From: a phage
Assembly (NCBI GenBank): GCA_017864995.1
Contig: GCA_017864995.1_4097.1
Direction: 5' to 3' (one strand)
DNA length: 64,000 bases
Shown in pieces: positions 12,741-22,505 of this stretch. A program made the translations under genes and the position numbers. How positions within the stretch are numbered: the stretch's first letter is position 1; each line of letters begins with the position of its first letter. Below the pieces are notes generated by a model. It searched no databases, had not been told where the DNA came from, and saw nothing but the letters and a program-made list of their open reading frames with translations.

Positions 12741-13898
12741 TTATGCGTTATAACCAACAATGACTACAGTACAGCCAAATGGTTCAACAACTTTTAATAC
12801 AACATTATCATCGGCATCTAGTTCAACTTCACTTAGTACAACGTGATTGTCTTCAGCATAGACTTGAACTTGTGGGAGGATTTTACCATGTTCACTGGCA
12901 GGAATGGACAGTGTGTACATAGAATCACCATCATCTACCCAATCACTATCAGTATACGTGTTGTGATATGGAGTGGTGTGTAAGGTTTTACCAATAATAC
13001 TCAATGAGATTGGAGCATCATCAGTTTGGTACACAGTAATATTACCGCTAGGATCTACAATGAGGTCTACTCCAATTTGGAATAAATCACCACTGTATGC
13101 TTGTAGAGCAAGATACTCACCACGCTCATGCACAGTAGCTGGTACAGTTGCCATGTACATACCATCGGACGTGTACTCAAACTGAGATAGAAGTACTGAA
13201 GTAACGAAGTCAATATCTTCGCCGCTTTCTAGTATATCAAATTCAATAGTTTTGGTATTATATATGTCAGAAGTGAGTATGATGGTTCCTTTACCGGATT
13301 GAGTAATTGGATCAACTGGAATACTAAAAACATCATCAATTATTTCAGTAGTGAAGTACTCGGTTCCGTCAGGAAGTATAACGGTAATACGCATTCCAGT
13401 TGTATCAATGGCTGAACCTGCGTTGAATAGGCGACCACCTACCAAATCATCACCTACGAACGTTGGGAACATAAGGATGTTGTCTATATCTCTATCTATA
13501 ATCCCGCATTCAGGGGTGTACATATTATATAGTGTTTGTGAACTACCTAGAATTGTTTTGTGCAAAAGAAACTTATAAACAAACCCAGTAGGATCTGATT
13601 CAAGTTTAGCATCTGAGTATCCTCTTACGAAAAAAGAGTTCTTTCTTATTTCACTTAGGATTTGGTCATTAGTTTTGTTGTAGTTTAATTGATATCCTTG
13701 TATATCCTTTGTTGTAATTTGTACTTTACGATAAATTACATTACTTACAGGATCAAGTAAATCATATAATCTATGGCTTCTCTGACGATAGATTCGAACA
13801 TTTTTGAGTTTAGTCCCATCGTTGAGAATTGCACCATCGACTACATATCCACATTCACCGAACTTATATTGTCCAGCAGCAGCAATCGATCTTGACAT
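12741..13898 (-). CDS. hypothetical protein (385 aa); only minus-strand gene in the first 44 kb
   Basis: long ORF; GGAGGG SD on minus strand upstream of ATG 13898. Confidence 0.6.
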   Translation of the reverse strand: MSRSIAAAGQYKFGECGYVVDGAILNDGTKLKNVRIYRQRSHRLYDLLDPVSNVIYRKVQITTKDIQGYQLNYNKTNDQILSEIRKNSFFVRGYSDAKLESDPTGFVYKFLLHKTILGSSQTLYNMYTPECGIIDRDIDNILMFPTFVGDDLVGGRLFNAGSAIDTTGMRITVILPDGTEYFTTEIIDDVFSIPVDPITQSGKGTIILTSDIYNTKTIEFDILESGEDIDFVTSVLLSQFEYTSDGMYMATVPATVHERGEYLALQAYSGDLFQIGVDLIVDPSGNITVYQTDDAPISLSIIGKTLHTTPYHNTYTDSDWVDDGDSMYTLSIPASEHGKILPQVQVYAEDNHVVLSEVELDADDNVVLKVVEPFGCTVVIVGYNA

Positions 13899-13958
13899 TC
13901 ATCCCTCCATTGGTATAATTATTATAACGTATTTATTCTAGATAGGTAAAAAAGCACC

Positions 13959-13987
13959 TTGACTGAGTTGTGTTTTTGACGTATACT
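13959..13987 (+). promoter_or_regulatory. sigma70-like promoter
   Basis: TTGACT - 17 nt - TATACT in divergent intergenic region. Confidence 0.45.
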
Positions 13988-14014
13988 TAAATGGAATATC
14001 AATAAGGGGATTTT

Positions 14015-14599
14015 ATGAGTGTTGTAGAAAAACGTTTAGTACTGAAAAATGGTAAAATGACTGTTAAGCTATACAAAGATGAAGCTGATTCTTTTATGGC
14101 TAAAGCAATTGAGAAATCCGAACGATATAAAATTCTTGCACCTGCAAGTAAATCGCCGTATGGGTTTAATCACGCTCACAGTCATTTTGTTGGTATGGTA
14201 TGTGAACATGCTTCATTTGTACTTTTTAATGAAATTGAAAACTATTCAGGTATTGCACTTAACATCGATCCAGCGTTCCAAAGTGATGGACGTGATGGGG
14301 AATGTGATATCAAAGTAAACAACTTAAGAATTGAAGTGAAAGGTATCAAGTACAAATCGTGGACCGACTTTGGACCATGTGTTAGTACTCGACAGTTAAA
14401 AAATATACAGAAAAAAGCTGACGTTATTCTGTGGGTATTGTATAATGAGAAAAAGCAAGAATTCACATTTGAGGGATTCAACTATGTAAAAGACATTAGT
14501 TCGATTCCAGTTGTGCTAACAGGTGTACCAGGGCGACCAATGATTGAAAATCACCCAGTACTGAGTATTATTAAACCACTTCAGGAGTTACCATTATGA
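14015..14599 (+). CDS. hypothetical protein
   Basis: ORF track; AAGGGGA SD. Confidence 0.55.
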   Translation: MSVVEKRLVLKNGKMTVKLYKDEADSFMAKAIEKSERYKILAPASKSPYGFNHAHSHFVGMVCEHASFVLFNEIENYSGIALNIDPAFQSDGRDGECDIKVNNLRIEVKGIKYKSWTDFGPCVSTRQLKNIQKKADVILWVLYNEKKQEFTFEGFNYVKDISSIPVVLTGVPGRPMIENHPVLSIIKPLQELPL

Positions 14600-14823
14600 T
14601 TCAGGCAACTGTATATCAAGATATTAATGAAGAATTTAATTCTAAAATTGCATTTTTATCCTTTCCCGTATTGCCAGCTATTGGTGCTACGTTGAATCTT
14701 ACAATCTGTGGCTTTGAAAAATACTATGAAGTACTAGATATTGAGTACTGTGCAGATGTTTATTCATGCAACAGTGAGATTGCTATTCCTGTGCAAATCG
14801 ACATTATTGTAAAAGAGGTTTGA
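14596..14823 (+). CDS. hypothetical protein
   Basis: ATGA overlap. Confidence 0.45.
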   Translation: MIQATVYQDINEEFNSKIAFLSFPVLPAIGATLNLTICGFEKYYEVLDIEYCADVYSCNSEIAIPVQIDIIVKEV

Positions 14824-15284
14824 TTATGTTTAAACACTTTCTAGTAATCACTGCTGTTGTATTCAGTACTTCCTGCTTCGTTGCACCAGTACATGCGGAA
14901 GACCAGCGTCAAACAATCAAGACGATTGGAACAGGGAAAGCCCAACCAAAACGTACTGCTGAAGAATACATGCCTGAGATGCGTGAACGTTACCGCCAGC
15001 AATACCGTGAAAAACATGCTAATGATAAGCCTATCAAAAAGCATAAATGGAATGTAGTCAAATCGCCATCGTTTTGTGCTGGGTATGCTAAGGTTAAGGA
15101 TGAACAGCACAACAAGCAGTACTATAAAGATATGTACACATTCTATGATTCGAGGATCTCGGATGATGACATGATGGCTGCTAAGGTTGATAAAGAAGAA
15201 TTTCTTCAGGGTTATGACATGACCGATGATGACAAGATCATGGAATGTGTTGAAGTATATGAAAAATACAGAGGTTTTGAATGA
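14820..15284 (+). CDS. predicted secreted protein
   Basis: N-terminal signal-peptide-like MIMFKHFLVITAVVFSTSCFVAPVHA-EDQ. Confidence 0.55.
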   Translation: MIMFKHFLVITAVVFSTSCFVAPVHAEDQRQTIKTIGTGKAQPKRTAEEYMPEMRERYRQQYREKHANDKPIKKHKWNVVKSPSFCAGYAKVKDEQHNKQYYKDMYTFYDSRISDDDMMAAKVDKEEFLQGYDMTDDDKIMECVEVYEKYRGFE

Positions 15285-15724
15285 CACTTTTGCTGATTCT
15301 AGGTTTATTAGTGTCATATTTCATTTTTCTTAACATCTTCTCTGATGCATCACATTTTGCATATGCTTCAGCTATTGCAAAACACGAAGGGATAAAGAAG
15401 TATATTCCTGCATTGTTATTCTCATATATGTACCACCCAAGGTACTTTACACTAGGTGTGTTTGACAAGTATGTATACGACGAAAAAGCACTCAATGAAA
15501 TTGAATACTTTGTAAGAACTCATGCTAATAACAATCCAAAATCATTAATTAACTTTACTGATAATCGTAAACGTGTTAGTATTAGAACTGACTTGTATCC
15601 TACCAGTCACTTTCATCTAGGCGATTGTAGTGTGTACAGGGTTAGATACGAAAACTTACTGTTACCACCATCACATATAAGATACATAGAAAAATACTTG
15701 TTGAAATGTGTTGACTCCAAATAG
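15281..15724 (+). CDS. hypothetical protein with N-terminal TM segment
   Basis: ATGA overlap; hydrophobic N-terminus. Confidence 0.5.
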   Translation: MTLLLILGLLVSYFIFLNIFSDASHFAYASAIAKHEGIKKYIPALLFSYMYHPRYFTLGVFDKYVYDEKALNEIEYFVRTHANNNPKSLINFTDNRKRVSIRTDLYPTSHFHLGDCSVYRVRYENLLLPPSHIRYIEKYLLKCVDSK

Positions 15725-15777
15725 TAAATGGCAGTATAATAGCTTCGTACCGCAATAACTGACAAGAGGATTTAACG

Positions 15778-16236
15778 ATGGACGTATTAGCTACTCAATT
15801 CAAACGCAACGCAGAAGAACGTGAAGGTTACCTAAGTATCAGTGAAGTGGTTGAAGATGGATTCAAGCAGTACATTTTCAACAGTGCAATTAAACTGAAG
15901 CCAACAAAAGATTCACCGGATCGCAGCTTCACAAAGTGGATTGCATTCTGGGAAGAGTCACCAATTGCAATCGAAATGACTGTCATTACTACAGTACTGG
16001 AAACTGGTTACATCAAAGCAATTGTAGTTGATAAGAAAGTTCGTACTCTTGATGAAATCGGGACATATCCAGCACGTAACTCTAAAGTATTTGGGTGTTT
16101 AGTTGATGGTAAGTTTATGATTGAAAAAGATGCTAAGAACTATGTAATTGATAAACTACAAACCAGTGCTACTAAACAGGAAGTCGTAGACCAGAACGCA
16201 GTGGATGCTATTAAAAAGGCATGGGGACTGAAATAA
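15778..16236 (+). CDS. hypothetical protein
   Basis: ORF track; AGAGGA SD. Confidence 0.55.
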   Translation: MDVLATQFKRNAEEREGYLSISEVVEDGFKQYIFNSAIKLKPTKDSPDRSFTKWIAFWEESPIAIEMTVITTVLETGYIKAIVVDKKVRTLDEIGTYPARNSKVFGCLVDGKFMIEKDAKNYVIDKLQTSATKQEVVDQNAVDAIKKAWGLK

Positions 16237-16658
16237 TGTTCACACTTAGCAATGCAAAGTATCTATTTCTTATTGCTATTATTGGTTGGGTTATGGCTCC
16301 AGTGCTTAATGCACTGGGGTTTCTAGACGGACATAAACTTGTAGATGTTTCAGGTGTAATCCAGGGCATTTCATGGTATTCATTGATTATATTTTCTATA
16401 TGTATTCATACATTTGCACGTGATTGCCGCCGTCTGCTTTTTGTTAAAGTATTCGGTACTAAGAGATATAGTTTTGTGTTTACATTTATTTTAATACCAT
16501 GTATTATCTATGCTTTTGTATTTGATTACTATACTTATCTGTGGGTGTGTGGTTCTATGTTTGTTATGTTGGAATATACAAGAACTGTTCAAAACTCATA
16601 TGCTGATGAGTATTATGATCTTGAAGTTAAACGAAAATTAACGGAGCTAAACAAATGA
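16221..16658 (+). CDS. predicted membrane protein
   Basis: multiple hydrophobic segments. Confidence 0.5.
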   Translation: MGTEIMFTLSNAKYLFLIAIIGWVMAPVLNALGFLDGHKLVDVSGVIQGISWYSLIIFSICIHTFARDCRRLLFVKVFGTKRYSFVFTFILIPCIIYAFVFDYYTYLWVCGSMFVMLEYTRTVQNSYADEYYDLEVKRKLTELNK

Positions 16659-17080
16659 GGGGATACAATAAGATTTGTATTTTTGTATTTTTAGTTTGTG
16701 CAATCAATACATTTGGATATTACTGTACTGAAAACAACATTTCATATGGTTTAAATCCTTTGTGGTTTACAATTGCCAATGTAGCACAAATTGGTATTGC
16801 TGTTATGTCTGCACTTATGTTCTGTCCAATTGTCACTATGGATACTGATCATGAAAGGCTTGGATTTATCCGTGATACTGGAGACGAACCTTACAGTAGA
16901 TTGATTGTGTTGTATCCATTTATTGTTATTTTAGGTACTAACATCCAACTTGGGTCTTTATCTAATAGTGTTACTTCAGCAGCCATTACAGTCTTTGCAT
17001 TCACATTTTTTATGGTACACAAATCAGTACTCAAATGGCACATCACCAAAATGGCAGAGAAAGGTACGGAAAACAGTTGA
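16655..17080 (+). CDS. predicted membrane protein
   Basis: ATGA overlap; multiple hydrophobic segments. Confidence 0.5.
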   Translation: MRGYNKICIFVFLVCAINTFGYYCTENNISYGLNPLWFTIANVAQIGIAVMSALMFCPIVTMDTDHERLGFIRDTGDEPYSRLIVLYPFIVILGTNIQLGSLSNSVTSAAITVFAFTFFMVHKSVLKWHITKMAEKGTENS

Positions 17081-17139
17081 CGTGAGTTATTGAGTCATAT
17101 ATAATTATTACATCAAAACTGGGAAATGGTAAGGAACTT

Positions 17140-17391
17140 ATGAACATCGATAAGGTCAAAGAACTTAGTGAAGCACTAATTAAGAACGAAGAAGCTTGTG
17201 AAGAACTTCGCAGTACTATCAAAGTTGAGTACGCACGTCTTCAAGCTATGCTTCAGGAATCCGAATGGGTTGTAACTAAATCCATCGAAGCTATCTATAA
17301 GGATATCGAATCCCTTTTCAATAAGAAAAGTAAGTTTGAATCTGATTCATATAACAAGCGTAAAGAATTGAATTCAGTACTCGGTATCTAA
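17140..17391 (+). CDS. hypothetical coiled-coil-like protein
   Basis: ORF track. Confidence 0.5.
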   Translation: MNIDKVKELSEALIKNEEACEELRSTIKVEYARLQAMLQESEWVVTKSIEAIYKDIESLFNKKSKFESDSYNKRKELNSVLGI

Positions 17392-17397
17392 AAGTAT

Positions 17398-17426
17398 TTG
17401 ACTTAACCAATAACATGGAGTACAAT
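17398..17426 (+). promoter_or_regulatory. sigma70-like promoter
   Basis: TTGACT - 17 nt - TACAAT. Confidence 0.5.
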
Positions 17427-17465
17427 GTGCTCCTACTTTAATCAAAATCCTAAAAGGAAAACATT

Positions 17466-17726
17466 ATGAAATCTATCCTCGTTGCTGTAAACCTGGTTGC
17501 TTCCCCATCTTTCAACTTCAAACAAGTTGTTGCTGATAATCTGAAGAACATTTGCCCTAACGCTGAATTGACTTTCTGTGTGTTTGATTCAGAAAAAGTA
17601 ACAACTGTTGATCTAAACTATCTTTTGAACGAAGTACAAAGTATTTCTGGTGAAAGTAATTTGGAAGTACTGAACTCCGTTGCTGATGACTATGATGATA
17701 CACTTGTAATTTCGGAGAAATTCTAA
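17466..17726 (+). CDS. hypothetical acidic protein
   Basis: ORF track; AAAGGAAA SD. Confidence 0.5.
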   Translation: MKSILVAVNLVASPSFNFKQVVADNLKNICPNAELTFCVFDSEKVTTVDLNYLLNEVQSISGESNLEVLNSVADDYDDTLVISEKF

Positions 17727-17731
17727 ATCCA

Positions 17732-18151
17732 ATGCTTAGATTTATACATTACTTAATCAGTAAGGTTTTTGGGTATCAAACTGTGGAGGACAAGGCTAAT
17801 CTAGCACACAAAATCTTCACAGCTTTGTGTTCTGGTGATTATCCTGTATTGAATAAGTACTGTAAATCTAAAGCATGTATTGACATAATGGCACTTCGTA
17901 TATATGAGTGCCAGTTCAATAGATACAATTTTTACCAGTACAGATATGATAAAGATGATTTTGATAGCATTGTAATGCTAAAGAATTTATGTAATAATAA
18001 AAAGAATATTCATATATCTGAATTTGTTGCATTGTATTTTTATTTAAAAAGTTCATTGTATATGAATTCAATGCAACGATTTGATACTAGAATTAATGTA
18101 TTCAACGATAAAGAATTTTATATCTATGATAAATTTTTAGATAAGGTTTAA
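17732..18151 (+). CDS. hypothetical protein
   Basis: ORF track. Confidence 0.5.
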   Translation: MLRFIHYLISKVFGYQTVEDKANLAHKIFTALCSGDYPVLNKYCKSKACIDIMALRIYECQFNRYNFYQYRYDKDDFDSIVMLKNLCNNKKNIHISEFVALYFYLKSSLYMNSMQRFDTRINVFNDKEFYIYDKFLDKV

Positions 18152-18152
18152 T

Positions 18153-18650
18153 ATGACGACTGTTTATATTGATAAACGCTTGGGAGTATTACTTACTGAT
18201 TCAAAAGTGACATCAACTGAGCAACGTTCATTTTTGAACCTATTCCCGTTGAAGCCAAAACTTAGTTATGGTGTAGTTTCACAAAAAACATTGTATGTAC
18301 ACGACCGACTGTTTAGTGCTTGCGGTGAAGTTAGTGAAATTAACAAAGTACTGAGATACTTGATTTCACAAGAGACTGTGATACCAGACCGCAAGGCGAG
18401 TTGTCACTGTGTTCTTGTGTCAAAAGATTACATCATTCACTTAATCGTTAATAAGGGTAAGTTTACCAAGAAGATTGATTATCTCCATAATGATTATACA
18501 TTCTTTATGGGTAGTGGTGGTGAATACATGCTTGATGCAGCAGTACATGAAGAGTATAATACTCTTCTTGATAAGGTATTTGATACCTTCATGGATGTTC
18601 ATAACCATGATATCTATACCGATGATAATATTAATGTATACCGTTTTTGA
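18153..18650 (+). CDS. hypothetical protein
   Basis: ORF track. Confidence 0.5.
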   Translation: MTTVYIDKRLGVLLTDSKVTSTEQRSFLNLFPLKPKLSYGVVSQKTLYVHDRLFSACGEVSEINKVLRYLISQETVIPDRKASCHCVLVSKDYIIHLIVNKGKFTKKIDYLHNDYTFFMGSGGEYMLDAAVHEEYNTLLDKVFDTFMDVHNHDIYTDDNINVYRF

Positions 18651-18672
18651 TTTCATTCATTAGGAGAAGTAA

Positions 18673-19638
18673 GTGAAAAAGCTTGATTTAAATGCAATTT
18701 CTGAAGAAGTACTGGATGAGTGTTTTGCTAGTGAAGAAGTCAACGTATTAGAGGCTCTTGATTCCGTCGAAGAAGAAGAACATGACGGTCACAAGTTTGA
18801 GAAACCAAAAACAGGTATCAGCTTAACTCGCCCTAAAGGGATAACGAATGAAATGCTCATCCAAGCAGTGCGTGATGGTATTGACGTTGAAAAGAACATT
18901 GACCTTTTGGTTCGCTACAACTATCCAATGGTAGTAAGTGTTGCACGTAAGTGTACATGTTTTATCCCATTTGAAGATAAGATTTCTTATGGTGTTGAAG
19001 GTTTAATGCGAGCAATTCATACGTTCGACACTACCAAAAATGTTAAGTTCATTACATATGCAACAACAACTGTGTACATGACAATCTATAACGAAAGTGC
19101 AGATGCTAATTATCTAGTGCATTTCCCACGTTATATGAGTGTTAATAACATTTATGTGAAACGTTGTGTAGAAGAGTATCAAAGGAAACATGGTAAATAC
19201 CCAACTCCTGAGATGGTGTCAAAAGAGACTGGTATTGAGATTCAACACGTTAAGAATTGTCTAACTTACAGTAACACTTATGTAGCATTGAATATGAAAA
19301 TGAGTAATGATTCAGAAAGTACATTATCTGACATTGTTACTTCAGTTGAACCTGATTACAACTTAGGCGTAGAAACTGTCAGTACCCCACTGGTACAAAG
19401 TATTGCAGAAATGATGAGTAACCTATCTGCCAAAGACCGTGAATTGATTGAACGTGTACATGGTATTGGTTCTTATTCTGAACCCGAAACGCTACGAGAA
19501 ATCATTGAGAGTGGTTTTGAAGATGAGAAGGGTAAGGTCATGACTGCTCGTTCTTCATTGCACCGTAAGTACTCTGAAGCAATGGAACGACTGCGTAAGA
19601 TGGTTAAGACAAAAGGTTATGAGTTCGAAGATTTTTAA
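18673..19638 (+). CDS. sigma-70 family RNA polymerase sigma factor (phage-encoded)
   Basis: segment VEGLMRAIHTFDTTKNVKFITYATTTVYMTIY resembles sigma70 region 2 (EGNxGLMKAVxKFDxxRGxKFSTYATWWIRQ); C-terminal ETLREIIE...TARSSLHRKYSEAMERLRK resembles region 4 HTH; GTG start after TAGGAGAAGTAA. Confidence 0.6.
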   Translation: MKKLDLNAISEEVLDECFASEEVNVLEALDSVEEEEHDGHKFEKPKTGISLTRPKGITNEMLIQAVRDGIDVEKNIDLLVRYNYPMVVSVARKCTCFIPFEDKISYGVEGLMRAIHTFDTTKNVKFITYATTTVYMTIYNESADANYLVHFPRYMSVNNIYVKRCVEEYQRKHGKYPTPEMVSKETGIEIQHVKNCLTYSNTYVALNMKMSNDSESTLSDIVTSVEPDYNLGVETVSTPLVQSIAEMMSNLSAKDRELIERVHGIGSYSEPETLREIIESGFEDEKGKVMTARSSLHRKYSEAMERLRKMVKTKGYEFEDF

Positions 19639-19645
19639 GATTAAA

Positions 19646-19672
19646 GGGTTGACTTCGGTCAACCCTTTTTTT
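19646..19672 (+). terminator. rho-independent terminator (GGGTTGAC-TTCG-GTCAACCC family)
   Basis: perfect 8-bp stem, TTCG loop, 7 T. Confidence 0.75.
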
Positions 19673-20299
19673 ATGGGACAAATTTATTAATGGTGATACA
19701 ATGATCTATGTACAATCACAATGACAGTACTGGTACTGACAATCTTCCCCTACTTCACTTGAAAATGTAAAGGATAGATGAGCTTTTCATTGTAGCGAAC
19801 AGCAAAAGAAACCCGTTAGATGTGGGCATAGTTTGAACCCCTCACGGCAATGCGGCTGTATAAAGAACCACGTTAGGATAGCTGGTGGTTCCTCGATAGA
19901 CATATAAGGATAACACCTTACGAATTATCTAAGGGAGAGTTATCGAATTTTGTACAGGAAAGTTGCGTCCAAAATTTGAGTACTCACATTAAGTATTTGA
20001 TTGCATAGATACTTAATGAAGATACACTATGTTTAAAAGTGTAGACCGTCATATGAAACTGAAGTAGAGAGAAACAGGATGACCCGCTTTCGCACTCGTT
20101 ATGAGTAATCTTCAATGCAATAGCTCTGATACCATCAGCGTCAAATTTCCCTCCGTGCGGGGGGAAGAAAAATCCCTTCCTCAAATCCCGTCAATATTAA
20201 AAGTCCTTGACAGTTATGATTCATTCGCGTAGAATACGTAGTATTAGAAGCGAACAGACATCTCGAAGAGATGGATGATTAACCATCGAGGAATATCTA
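19673..20299 (+). ncRNA. large intergenic region, candidate non-coding RNA or regulatory region
   Basis: about 630 bp with no SD-preceded ORF in a genome otherwise more than 90% coding; G/C-rich hairpins such as CCCTCCGTGCGGGGGGAAG; promoter at 20207-20235 near its 3' end. Confidence 0.3.
20207..20235 (+). promoter_or_regulatory. sigma70-like promoter
   Basis: TTGACA - 17 nt - TAGAAT. Confidence 0.5.
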
Positions 20300-20509
20300 A
20301 TGAATTCAGTAATCTTTTTAATTATTGCTCTTTCACCACAATCTGGCGTACAAATCACCCCAATGAATTCAATGAATCAATGCATTGCAGTACGTGACAG
20401 TACGTATGAACAAGTAAACAGCGTTTCACTTAGAACAGTTGGTGAAGAATTAATGTGGTGTTACAATAGTAATACTAAAGAAAAACTAATTGTTGGACAA
20501 ACAGAATGA
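20300..20509 (+). CDS. hypothetical protein
   Basis: ORF track; GAGGAATATCTA-ATG context. Confidence 0.4.
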   Translation: MNSVIFLIIALSPQSGVQITPMNSMNQCIAVRDSTYEQVNSVSLRTVGEELMWCYNSNTKEKLIVGQTE

Positions 20510-20736
20510 GTTATGGTGTTCGTTTTGAGATTCGTTCTATTGTTATCAATGACGAGAAACAAGCATCGTTGGATGGCGATATACGAGAACTATATCTATC
20601 ATGTATCCGTGCAAAATCTGAAGCAGATGTCTTAGTACAAATGTATAGTTTTAACTTTTCAAATGGATTCTATTTGGTACGAGTTATTGAAGTGAAAAAA
20701 GTACTTATTGGTTGTAGCATAGAAGGATTAATGTAA
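20506..20736 (+). CDS. hypothetical protein
   Basis: ATGA overlap. Confidence 0.45.
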   Translation: MSYGVRFEIRSIVINDEKQASLDGDIRELYLSCIRAKSEADVLVQMYSFNFSNGFYLVRVIEVKKVLIGCSIEGLM

Positions 20737-20737
20737 A

Positions 20738-21532
20738 ATGAGCACTATAGATGAATTGATTCGCCGGAATTCAAAATACTACGACCCATCAGAAATTGTC
20801 GGCAACATTACTAAATCTGAGTTCGGCCCAAATACTCGAAAACTCATTCATGTAATGTCACGTGATGGCTTTAAATGTGATTGTTGTGGTGAATCCAATG
20901 TGGTATTCACTTTACATAAGCACAGTACTAAAGACCGTTATAAATTCAGACCTTATGTACTTAAAGGGAAACGCCTTGTACGCATGACGTTAGACCATAA
21001 TGTACTGGACTGTCTTCAGGGCGGTAATGATAAAGAGAACATGACCGCATTGTGTGAGGATTGTAACGCATTACGCCAGCATAAGTTTGCTGAGTACAGT
21101 GAGTTTAAGCACTGGTATCATAACGCTGATCGTTCTATCGAGCCTGACGTTAACTACTGCTTCATTGAGTATATTAAGAATGCTAAAGATACGTACATTC
21201 TTAAATCAATGTCACCTATTACAGTGTTCCCTGAGAATCTATTCAGTACTATGCAGCGTGATTTTAAACGTGGTATCATTAATGCATTCAAACATTTAGA
21301 CAAAGGTATCAAGCACTTTGAGGTGCAATGCTTAAATGAAGGAATGAATCGTTTAGTACAAATTTACATGAAATCATTTATAGGTGTTGACACCGCACGT
21401 CTACCAGTATATAATTACTTTATTGAAAGCGAAGAAGGTGAATCACTTCGTGATTATGGTGAAAGATTTAATAATAAAGTTTTCACTGCAATCGCAAACG
21501 AGATTCATTACTATAAACCATATGTAATTTAA
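20738..21532 (+). CDS. HNH endonuclease-like protein
   Basis: CDCCGE ... LDHNVLDCLQGGNDKENMTALCEDCNALRQHK: CxxC, H-N, CxxC arrangement typical of HNH nucleases. Confidence 0.6.
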   Translation: MSTIDELIRRNSKYYDPSEIVGNITKSEFGPNTRKLIHVMSRDGFKCDCCGESNVVFTLHKHSTKDRYKFRPYVLKGKRLVRMTLDHNVLDCLQGGNDKENMTALCEDCNALRQHKFAEYSEFKHWYHNADRSIEPDVNYCFIEYIKNAKDTYILKSMSPITVFPENLFSTMQRDFKRGIINAFKHLDKGIKHFEVQCLNEGMNRLVQIYMKSFIGVDTARLPVYNYFIESEEGESLRDYGERFNNKVFTAIANEIHYYKPYVI

Positions 21533-21546
21533 TTAGAGGATATATC

Positions 21547-21729
21547 ATGCAAAACATCATTCTTATCGTAGGTATCATTCTTGGTGTATATGGTCACTCC
21601 TGGATGAACGAGAAGTTCCCTAATACCCGTCCTGAGTATTGCAGTACTAATGTATTCCAGAATGGTGAGAAACCAAAGGATAGTATTGGTAAGAAACTGG
21701 ACAAAGTACTTGACGTAATCAACGAATAA
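21547..21729 (+). CDS. hypothetical protein with N-terminal TM segment
   Basis: ORF track; GAGGATATATC-ATG context. Confidence 0.4.
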   Translation: MQNIILIVGIILGVYGHSWMNEKFPNTRPEYCSTNVFQNGEKPKDSIGKKLDKVLDVINE

Positions 21730-21738
21730 GGGTAAAGT

Positions 21739-21939
21739 ATGTTTAAATCAAATACAAATGTTGGTAAGAAGGTTCAATTACTTGAGGATGTATCCACCTT
21801 GAGTGGAATTTTCCCAAGAGGTCACATCATGACTATTATTGCCGAAACATCCCGTGGGTGGGATTTGGAAGATGCTGATGGTAATCGCATCCTTGAGGCT
21901 GGATTCTATGGTCATCGTGAATATAAAATCATTGATTAA
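21739..21939 (+). CDS. hypothetical protein
   Basis: ORF track. Confidence 0.45.
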   Translation: MFKSNTNVGKKVQLLEDVSTLSGIFPRGHIMTIIAETSRGWDLEDADGNRILEAGFYGHREYKIID

Positions 21940-21948
21940 GGATGCAAC

Positions 21949-22032
21949 ATGACTTTAGAGATTGTCTTTGGTATTGTTAGCTTAGTCGTCTGTGTGGGTT
22001 GGTTTGGGTATCTGATGATTTTTGGTGATTAA
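21949..22032 (+). CDS. mini hydrophobic peptide (27 aa)
   Basis: ATG after AAGGATGCAAC; single TM-like stretch; below ORF-track cutoff. Confidence 0.25.
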   Translation: MTLEIVFGIVSLVVCVGWFGYLMIFGD

Positions 22033-22035
22033 TAC

Positions 22036-22063
22036 TTGACATAAGATATCAGTACTGTATAAT
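22036..22063 (+). promoter_or_regulatory. sigma70-like promoter (repeated family)
   Basis: TTGACA - 16 nt - TATAAT with the CAGTACTG spacer motif. Confidence 0.6.
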
Positions 22064-22108
22064 GTTTATATCAAACGACACCCACTTTAACAAATAATAG
22101 GAAATATT

Positions 22109-22387
22109 ATGTCTTTTACCAAAGAAGAACGTGACCTTATTAAAAAAGCAATCTGGTTTTATGCTAATGAAGGGGAGTGCGATGAAGAAAAAGCACGTGA
22201 ACTGTGTAATATCCTTGAGCAGAAACAAGAACTGAAAGTTTATCGTATCCGTGTTTTGGATGACGGGGATCGTATTGTCCTAGCTGAAACAAAAGAAGAA
22301 GCAGAACAAATCTTCACTGATAAAAACGAAAATCCACATTGGATGGAAGAAGTCTGTGAAGTAAAAAAAGGTACTTATATCGATTGA
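22109..22387 (+). CDS. hypothetical protein
   Basis: ORF track. Confidence 0.5.
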   Translation: MSFTKEERDLIKKAIWFYANEGECDEEKARELCNILEQKQELKVYRIRVLDDGDRIVLAETKEEAEQIFTDKNENPHWMEEVCEVKKGTYID

Positions 22388-22412
22388 CTGTACTGAATAA
22401 TAGCAGTATAAT
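22384..22412 (+). promoter_or_regulatory. sigma70-like promoter
   Basis: TTGACT - 17 nt - TATAAT. Confidence 0.55.
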
Positions 22413-22505
22413 GTTTATATCAAAGGGAATGCAGTGAAAGGAAAGACAGCATAATCGTACTCGTCACTGCGTTTCCACCCTTTTAAATTAAATGAGGAAT
22501 TAACT

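Noticed and set aside
19984-20184. ORF 19984..20184 (minus, 66 aa) in the large intergenic island
   Set aside because: No SD, opposite to all neighbouring genes; more likely chance ORF in a non-coding or RNA region.
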